From NCBI GenBank assembly GCA_963725865.1, contig CAVSAC010000014.1, forward strand, positions 1,152,001-1,216,000: a stretch of 64,000 nucleotides of DNA. The letters are read 5' to 3'. Positions 56,414 to 64,000 of the stretch are shown piece after piece. This DNA is from Candidatus Eiseniibacteriota bacterium. GTDB taxonomy: Bacteria; Eisenbacteria; RBG-16-71-46. Position 1 is the stretch's first letter; each line of letters starts with the position of its first letter. The translations under genes and the position numbers were made by a program. The notes below the pieces were generated by a model that worked only from the letters and a program-made list of their open reading frames with translations, was not told the DNA's origin and searched no databases.

Positions 56414-57430
56414 TCAGCGCGTGCTGTCCGCGGGCGCTCCGCGGCGCGCGGGCGCACGGCGCTCGGCGGGAGGCGCGTTCCGTCCGCCCGGAGCCGGGCC
56501 GAACGGCCGCACGACGGTCACGTTCGCGGGCGCCGGGGCGCCCGATTTGGCGCGCTCGCGCGCCTCGTCGGCCGCGCGCACCGCGGCGCGCTGCGCGGCG
56601 AGCCGCGCCTCATGCTCCGCGCGCACACTGTCGCGCGCGGCGCCGTCGCGCGGCGCGGGCGCCTCGCGGCGACCCACGTCGCCCCTGCCCTGGCGGGTCA
56701 GGGTGCCCGGGGGCACCACGTCCTCGACCCGCGCGCGAGTCACCGGTCCGACGCGGCGCTCGAACCACTCGAGGCGCGGGCCGGCCTCGAACTTGACCCC
56801 GTCGCGCTCGAGCGTGTTGTCGATCGGCTTGAGGTCGGCGAGCCGCTGCTGGATCACCGGCGGCTTCACCACCTGCGCGCTCAGGTCGGTGGACGTGAGG
56901 GCGCCGACCGGCACGAAGTGATAGCCGGGTGTATTGAAGCCGCTCGTGACCGCGCCGAGCGGCGCCCAGCCGATGTAGTCGGCGTCGCCCACCCACTGCA
57001 CCCACGCCGGCGCCCACTGCACGCCGGGCACCCACACCCAGCCCTGGAAGCGGTCGTTCATCCAGCGGCCGTAGTGATCGGTGGCCCAGCCGAACGGATC
57101 CGCCGACACCCACACCCAGCCCCACGTGTCGCTCGGCACCCAGTAGCCGTTCGTGTACGGCTCCCACGCCACGAAGTTCACGTCGGGGCGGAACACGTAC
57201 CCGTACGGTTCGATCAGCGCCCAGTCGCCGAGCCCGTCGAGCATGTCGTAGAACACGCGGTATTCGGGCTGCATGTTCTCGCGGATCGGGGAGTTCCACG
57301 CGCGGTCGGCGAGCGGCGGCGGCGCGGAGCTGGAGAGCGACGACCCGCCACCGCTGACCGCGCAGCCGGACAGCGTGATCGCCAGCAGCACGGGCACCGA
57401 ACGAGTTGCGGCACGGACGAGTCGGTGCAT
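56414..57430 (-). CDS. DUF6600-like Trp-rich lipoprotein
   Basis: LSGC lipobox; WEPYTNGYW; WGWVWVS; GWATDHYGRW; WAPAWV; IGWAPL. Confidence 0.72.
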   Translation of the reverse strand: MHRLVRAATRSVPVLLAITLSGCAVSGGGSSLSSSAPPPLADRAWNSPIRENMQPEYRVFYDMLDGLGDWALIEPYGYVFRPDVNFVAWEPYTNGYWVPSDTWGWVWVSADPFGWATDHYGRWMNDRFQGWVWVPGVQWAPAWVQWVGDADYIGWAPLGAVTSGFNTPGYHFVPVGALTSTDLSAQVVKPPVIQQRLADLKPIDNTLERDGVKFEAGPRLEWFERRVGPVTRARVEDVVPPGTLTRQGRGDVGRREAPAPRDGAARDSVRAEHEARLAAQRAAVRAADEARERAKSGAPAPANVTVVRPFGPAPGGRNAPPAERRAPARRGAPADSTR

Positions 57431-57594
57431 GGATGGCCTCCAGATGCGGTGGGAGCAGCTCGCGGGCGCAAGTCTCCGGCGCGCGGATGGCGGCGTCAAG
57501 GCGAGCGCGGGAGCGACGCGTCCGCGCTGCCCGCCGACCCGCGGGGCTCGCACCCCGGTCTACCCCGCTGACGCCGCGCCGGGTCCGCCGCACA

Positions 57595-57624
57595 CGCTCC
57601 TCATCGGCGCTCCTCATCGGCGCT
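57595..57624. repeat. Tandem 13-bp repeat in divergent promoter region
   Basis: cgctcctcatcgg x2 plus cgct, abutting the -35 box. Confidence 0.7.
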
Positions 57625-57653
57625 TGTCAGCGCGACGCGGTCCCGGCTATCCT
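57624..57653 (+). promoter_or_regulatory. Putative sigma70 promoter for the rsgA leader
   Basis: TTGTCA-18 nt-TATCCT. Confidence 0.6.
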
Positions 57654-57710
57654 CGTGCCCGTCGCCGCCCGCATGGTGCGGGCGCGCGATCGATCAGGAA
57701 GGAGCGAGAC

Positions 57711-57767
57711 ATGGCAGCCCTTGCCCACGACGCCCGTGCGTCACGCACCTTCCGCGCCCGCGCCTAG
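57711..57767 (+). CDS. Putative 18-aa leader peptide (MAALAHDARASRTFRARA)
   Basis: AAGGAG RBS 6 nt upstream; lies between the promoter and a terminator hairpin preceding rsgA. Confidence 0.55.
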   Translation: MAALAHDARASRTFRARA

Positions 57768-57788
57768 CGCCCGTCCTCGACGCGCCCG

Positions 57789-57817
57789 GCCGCTCCGGAA
57801 GGAGCGGCTTCTTCGTT
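57789..57817 (+). terminator. Putative attenuator terminator in the rsgA leader
   Basis: gccgctcc-GGAA-ggagcggc followed by ttcttcgtt. Confidence 0.65.
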
Positions 57818-57909
57818 GTCCGCCCCGCGTGACGCACGTCGCCCGCATCGTCCCTGGTCGCGCATTCGCGCGCCCGCCTCGATCCGCTCCGACGAAAGGC
57901 GTCGTCATC

Positions 57910-58980
57910 ATGTCGATCCAGCATCTCGGTTGGACCCCGCGTCTCCAGGACGCGTTCAGTTCCCTGCAGGACCCCACGCTCGAGCCCGCGCGGATCGCGC
58001 GCGAGGACCGCGACCGCTACCTGGTGCTCGCCGCCGGCGGCGAGCGCTCCGCCGTGCTGGCCGGCCGGCTGCGTCACGAGGCGCAGGCGGCGACCGACCT
58101 GCCCGCGGTCGGCGACTGGGTCGCGGTCCGCGCCGCTCCCGATGGCGACGCGGTGATCGTCGCGGTGCTGCCGCGCGCGACCGCGTTCGTGCGCGCGCGG
58201 CCCGGCGAGACGACCGACGCCCAAGTGGTGGCGGCGAACGTCGACACCGTGTTCGTGGTCGCCGGCCTCGACGGCGACTTCAACGTGCGGCGCCTCGAGC
58301 GCTACCTCGCGGCGGCGTGGGACAGCGGGGCCGCCCCGGTGGTGATCCTCAACAAGGCCGATGTCGCCGACGATCTCGACGCGCGCCGCGCCGAGGTGGA
58401 GGCGGTCGCGATGGGCGTGCCGGTGGTGGCGATCAGCGCGCGCGAGCGCGCCGGTCTGGAGGCGCTGGCGCCGTGGCTGGTGCCGGGCGCGACCGTCGCC
58501 CTGCTGGGCTCTTCGGGGGTCGGCAAGTCCACGATCGTGAACGCGCTGCTCGGCGAGGAGCGCCAGGCCACGCAGGAGGTGCGCCAGGACGACTCGCGCG
58601 GCCGCCACACGACCGCGTCCCGCGAGCTGGTGCCGCTGCCGGGCGGAGCGCTGCTGCTCGACACGCCGGGCATGCGGGTGCTGACGCCGTGGGCGGGCGA
58701 GGAGGGCCTCGACGGCGCGTTCGCCGACGTGGTGGCGCTGGCCGCGGGGTGCCGGTTCCGCGACTGCGGCCACGCCGACGAGCCGGGCTGCGCGGTGCTC
58801 GCGGCGGTCGCGGGCGGCGCGCTGGATCCGGCGCGGCTGGAGAGCTGGCGCAAGCTGCAGCGCGAGTTGCGGTGGCTCGAGCGGCGCCGCGACGCGCGGG
58901 CGCGCGCCGAGGAGGAGGCGCGCTGGAAGGCGATCATGAAGTCGATGAAGCACCACCCGAAGGCGAACCGGTGGCGATGA
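57910..58980 (+). CDS. rsgA: Ribosome small subunit-dependent GTPase A
   Basis: AVGDWV; AANVD; NKAD; GSSGVGKS; GRHTT; DTPG; CRFRDCGHADEPGC. Confidence 0.95.
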   Translation: MSIQHLGWTPRLQDAFSSLQDPTLEPARIAREDRDRYLVLAAGGERSAVLAGRLRHEAQAATDLPAVGDWVAVRAAPDGDAVIVAVLPRATAFVRARPGETTDAQVVAANVDTVFVVAGLDGDFNVRRLERYLAAAWDSGAAPVVILNKADVADDLDARRAEVEAVAMGVPVVAISARERAGLEALAPWLVPGATVALLGSSGVGKSTIVNALLGEERQATQEVRQDDSRGRHTTASRELVPLPGGALLLDTPGMRVLTPWAGEEGLDGAFADVVALAAGCRFRDCGHADEPGCAVLAAVAGGALDPARLESWRKLQRELRWLERRRDARARAEEEARWKAIMKSMKHHPKANRWR

Positions 58981-59045
58981 GTCGCGCGGCCCCGAGCGCG
59001 GCGTGGGCGGCCGCCGGTGGGGTGCTCGCGGCAGGGTGGGGACCG

Positions 59046-59074
59046 AAAGGGAGCGGGCCGCGTGGCCCGCTCCC
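59046..59074 (-). terminator. Terminator between convergent rsgA and ETF-QO genes
   Basis: gggagcgggcc-gcgt-ggcccgctccc; followed by ttt on the minus strand. Confidence 0.6.
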
Positions 59075-59101
59075 AGTCTGTCGCGTGCCGCGTGCCGCGG
59101 C

Positions 59102-60794
59102 TCAGAGGTTCTGGTAGTCCGGCCCGCCGCCGCCCTCGGGCGTCACCCACGTGATGATCTGGTACGGGTCGGCGATGTCGCAGGTCTTGCAGTGCACGCA
59201 GTTCGACGCGTTGATCTGCAACTTCAGCGCGCCGGGCTTCGCCTCGTCGGCGACCATCTCGTAGACGTTCGCGGGGCAGAAGTGCTGGCAGGGATTGCCG
59301 TACTCCTCGCGGCATTGGGTCGCGCACACGCTGACGTCGGCGACCTTCAGGTGCACCGGCTCGTTCTCGTCGTGGTGGGTGCCCGACAGGTAGACGTCGG
59401 CGAGCTTGTCGAACGTCAGCACGCCGTCGAACTTCATCGGCGTGGGCTTGCCGCCCGGGTGGGCGTCCTTCAGCTTGCGCATGCGCTCGTGGCCGGCGGG
59501 GTTCGGCACGCGGTCGCGCAGCATCAGGTCCTTGCCGCCGAACACCATCGACGCGCCGACGTTCAGCATGCCGCTCCACAGCCCGTGCTCGAACGACTGG
59601 TGGAACGTGCGCACGCTCCACAGCTCCTCGCGCGCCCACGACGCCTCGACGCGCTTCTCGTAGCCGGCCAGCCGTTCCTTGGAGAAGTCGCCGGCCAGCA
59701 GGCACTCGAACAGCGTCTCGGCGGCGAGCATGCCGGACTTCATCGCCAGGTGGATGCCCTTGAGCCGGCCACCGTTCAGGAAGCCGCCACTGTCGCCGCA
59801 CAACAGCAGGCCGTCGGCGGAGAGCTTCGGCATCGCCCAGTAGCCGCCCTCGGGAATCGCCTTCGCGCCGTACGCGACCGGCTTGCCGCCCGCGAGCAGC
59901 GCCCTCACCAGCGGGTGCGTCTTCACGCGCTGGAGGTTCAGGTGCGGGTCGTTGGTGGGATCCGGCGAGTCGAGCCCGGTCACGAAGCCCACCGCCCAGT
60001 GCGACTCGTCCATGCCGTAGATGAACCCGCCGCCGAACGTGTCGGTCGCGAGCGGGAAGCCCATGGTGTGGATCACGCGCCCCTTCTGCGCGCGCCCCGC
60101 GGGCACCTCCCAGATCTCCTTCACGCCGGTGGCGTACACCTGCGGGTTCTTGCCCGACCGTGAGGCCGAACGAGGTCTCGAGCGACTTCGCGATCGTGCC
60201 GCGCGGGCCCTCGCACAGCACGGTGGCCTTGGCGCGGCAGTCGGCGCCCATCTGGTAGTTCGGCTTGTGCGCGCCCTGCTTGTCGACGCCCTTGTCGCCG
60301 GTGCGCACGCCGGCCAGCCGCCCGGCCTCGACGATCGGCTGCGCGGCGGGCGTCTCGGTCACCACCAGCACGCCCTTCGCCTCGGCGATCCCGGCCATCC
60401 ACTCGACCAGCTTTCCGAGCGAGACGATGAAGTTGCCGTGGTTCTCGAACAGCGGTGGCGTGATCGGCAGTCGCGTCTGGCCGCCGGCGGTGAGGAAGTA
60501 GACGTCGTCGCCAGTGACGGGCGCGGCGATCGGGCAGCCCTGCGCCTCGAAGTCCGGGATCAACTCGCGCAGCGCGCGCGGATCGAGCACCGCGCCCGAG
60601 ATGCCGTGCGCGCCGACCCGCGCGCTCTTCTCGAGCACCGCGATCGCCACCTCGTCGAGCTTCGTGCCGGGCGCGCCGGCCGCGATCGCCTGGTGGTGGC
60701 GCTCGATCAGGTTCGCGAGGTGGATCGCGCCCGCGAGTCCCGCGGGGCCCGCGCCGATGAACTGCACGTCGAACTCGAGAACCTCACGCTCCAT
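59102..60794 (-). CDS. Electron transfer flavoprotein-ubiquinone oxidoreductase; 1-nt frameshift near 60154
   Basis: [57 protein letters not shown]. Confidence 0.92.
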
Positions 60795-60839
60795 GTCCCG
60801 TCCTCAAGCGCGCCGCGGCGCGCCTCGTGTGTTCGGCGG

Positions 60840-61806
<967 letters not shown>

Positions 61807-62076
61807 GATGGCTCCTCGAGTCATGTGAAGGGAATGACAGGTGCGGCGATTCTAGTGCAGCGCCACGCACGGGGTGAAGGCGGGTGGTTCCGACCGTTGG
61901 ATGCCGGACGGATGCGAAAGGACACGCCCGGCCCCTCCCGATCCCGAGGCAGGCGCGCACTCGACATCCCCCTGACCTTCGCGGGCGGCGGCGTCCCCGC
62001 GCGGCCCACCTCGCGGCGTCCTCGCGCAGCCCACGCCGCGGCGCGCCGCGCGTCGCCCGCGGCCTCCGCGCCGCGC

Positions 62077-63327
62077 TCAGCCGCGCGGCGGGACGCCCAG
62101 CTGGACCACGGGCCCCGCCGCGGGAGGGCGCACGGTGCGCGCGATGCGCGGCAGCGCGCCGAGCGCCCACAGCCCCCACGCCACGATCCACAGCGCCGCG
62201 CTCGCCGCGTACGCGTGCAGCATCCCCGCGGGAGCGACCGCGGCGGCCAGGCGCGCGAGCAGCGCCAGCGCGAGCGCCAGCAGCAGCCACGGCGTGAGCA
62301 GCCGCGCCTCGTCTGCGAACGGATGGCGCCCGTGAGCGACGGTCACGCGCGAGCCGATGCCGAGCGTGAGCAGTCCGTAGCCGCCGATGAACATGACGTG
62401 ACAGGCGGCGACCGCCTGCTGGGGCCACAGCACCGCGAGCCACAGCCCGGCGAGCACGCACCAGCCCGAGGTCCACAGCGAACGAGCCAGCACGCCCTTC
62501 TGGCCCGGGCCGCGGTAGATCTTCCAGACCAGCAACAGCATGACGCTCGCCGCCAGCGCTCGGGCCAGCGACCCGGCCCACGCGTGGCCCGCGGCCTCGA
62601 GCCCGAACGCGGCCAGCAGCGCGAGAGCGACCACCGCGAACAGTCGGCGGCGCCCGGTCCGCTCGTGCGGCCGCGCGATCCCGGGGACGCCGAGCGGGTC
62701 GCGGATGCCGGCGAACGTGGGGACCAGCAGGCCGCCCACGCCGAGCACGATCGAGAGCGTCTCGCCGAACGCCATCAGGTGCTCGCCGAAGCGCGGCGCA
62801 GGAGGGGCGACGCCGAACGCGGTCTGGGCCACCAGCACCGCGGCGCCGGCCACGCCGAACAGCAGCCCGAGGGCGACGAAGACGAACTCCTCGGGCGGCA
62901 GGTGACGCGAGCGGCGGATGCGGATGCCGAGCGCCCATGCGATCAGCAGCGCCACCGCGCCGCTGACGGCGTGCGCTGCCCACGCGACGCCGAGCAGGGC
63001 GAGCGCCCCGAACGCGGTCATCAGGCCCACCGCGGTCGCGAGCTCGCCGCGGGTGCAGCGTCCGCCGCGCGTGAACGCGGGCATCGCGGTGAACAGGAAG
63101 CCGAGCACGAACGACAGCTCGAAGCCCTCGATCATGAGCGTCATGTGGAGCGGCCCGGGCCACGCCCCGCCGCCGCTCCCCAGCACCAGCCACGGCGCGG
63201 CGCCCAGCACCGCGAACGTGGCGCCGATCGGGAACAGGAGGCGGTAGGGCTCGGGCCACGTGGAGCCGGGCGACGATCCGGCGGCCGCCGGGCGCACGCC
63301 GGGAGGAACCGGAAAGGGGGAGGCCAT
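62077..63327 (-). CDS. nnrS: NnrS-family membrane protein
   Basis: PYRLLF; HMTLMIEGF...GFLFTAMP; H..FIGG; RVTVAHG. Confidence 0.8.
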   Translation of the reverse strand: MASPFPVPPGVRPAAAGSSPGSTWPEPYRLLFPIGATFAVLGAAPWLVLGSGGGAWPGPLHMTLMIEGFELSFVLGFLFTAMPAFTRGGRCTRGELATAVGLMTAFGALALLGVAWAAHAVSGAVALLIAWALGIRIRRSRHLPPEEFVFVALGLLFGVAGAAVLVAQTAFGVAPPAPRFGEHLMAFGETLSIVLGVGGLLVPTFAGIRDPLGVPGIARPHERTGRRRLFAVVALALLAAFGLEAAGHAWAGSLARALAASVMLLLVWKIYRGPGQKGVLARSLWTSGWCVLAGLWLAVLWPQQAVAACHVMFIGGYGLLTLGIGSRVTVAHGRHPFADEARLLTPWLLLALALALLARLAAAVAPAGMLHAYAASAALWIVAWGLWALGALPRIARTVRPPAAGPVVQLGVPPRG

Positions 63328-63336
63328 CGCCGGAGG

Positions 63337-63999
63337 CTACCAGTCCCGCCGGCGGAACACCCGCGCCGCCACCACCAGCGGCACCGCGGTCTCCAGCGCC
63401 AGCACCGCGAGCGCCAGCGCGACGCCCGGAGCGGTGCCGGCGGCCTTCATGAGCACGGCCGAGGTCGGTCCGAACAAGGCACCCGAGCCGACCGCGAGCG
63501 TGACCAGCACGCGCGTCAGGTCCACCGGGTTGAGCAGCAACGCCGGGAACAGCACGGTCTGCAGCGGCAGCCCCGCGAGCAACGTGGTGGCGCCGAGCAC
63601 CGCGAGGTCGTAGGCGATCGCCAGCAGCAGCCACAGCAGCAGCGCGGCCGACATCGCCTTGAGACGGTCGGGCCACAGCGTCGCGATCGCGAGCGACGCG
63701 GCGACGCTGATCGCGCCCAGCAGCAGCGAGAGCGCGGTGAGCGCGAGAAACCCCGGCCACTGCCCGGCGCCGGCATCGAGCGCCACCACCACGCCACCGA
63801 TGCCGAAGCCGAGCGCCTGGGCCACCGAGAGGGCGCCGACCAGGCCGAGGAACTTGCCGGCCAGCACCTCGCCCCGGCCGACCGGCTGCGCCAGCAGCAG
63901 CGACAGCGCGTCGCCCCCCAGCAGGCTCGCGACGCCGAGCAGCAGCCCGGTGAGCGGAACGATCAGCAGCACCAGGTTCATGAGGCTGAGCGTCACCCG
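63337..63999 (-). CDS. ABC transporter permease, NosY-like (5' partial)
   Basis: SLMNLVLLIVPL; LLLAQPVGR.EVLAGKFLG; LLNPVDLTR. Confidence 0.75.
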   Translation of the reverse strand, partial: RVTLSLMNLVLLIVPLTGLLLGVASLLGGDALSLLLAQPVGRGEVLAGKFLGLVGALSVAQALGFGIGGVVVALDAGAGQWPGFLALTALSLLLGAISVAASLAIATLWPDRLKAMSAALLLWLLLAIAYDLAVLGATTLLAGLPLQTVLFPALLLNPVDLTRVLVTLAVGSGALFGPTSAVLMKAAGTAPGVALALAVLALETAVPLVVAARVFRRRDW

Positions 64000-64000
64000 C

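Overview
A gene-dense, very GC-rich (roughly 70% or more by eye) bacterial chromosome window with about 54 CDS. I found no rRNA, tRNA, CRISPR array, transposase or integrase. Outer-membrane proteins and several secreted proteins ending in FlgD/T9SS-A-like C-terminal domains suggest a diderm FCB-related lineage, such as Ca. Eisenbacteria (inference). Contents from left to right: secreted proteins; scattered acyl-CoA catabolism genes (AtuA-like, 3-hydroxyacyl-CoA dehydrogenase, aldehyde dehydrogenase, crotonases); an atypical two-component pair next to a lower-GC block of two divergent secreted proteins (about 17-24 kb); arsM; ompA; a translationally coupled operon joining a cytochrome-c-fused CydA-like pair to a NuoEF/FdhF-like molybdoenzyme whose catalytic Arg is Ser; ispH; an oxidative-stress group (ahpD-like, sod, bcp); tnaA; a decayed tandem duplication; moaD/moaE; queG; rsgA behind an apparent uORF-terminator attenuator; ETF-QO; trxB; nnrS; and a partial nosY-like gene. 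The most promising leads are the bd-like/FDH-like operon, the rsgA attenuator, the ATPase-deleted sigma54-type regulator, two candidate C-terminal sorting signals, and histone-H1-like basic tails on unrelated enzymes. Several single-base frameshifts in conserved genes look like assembly errors. All family assignments come from motif recognition by eye, not database searches.
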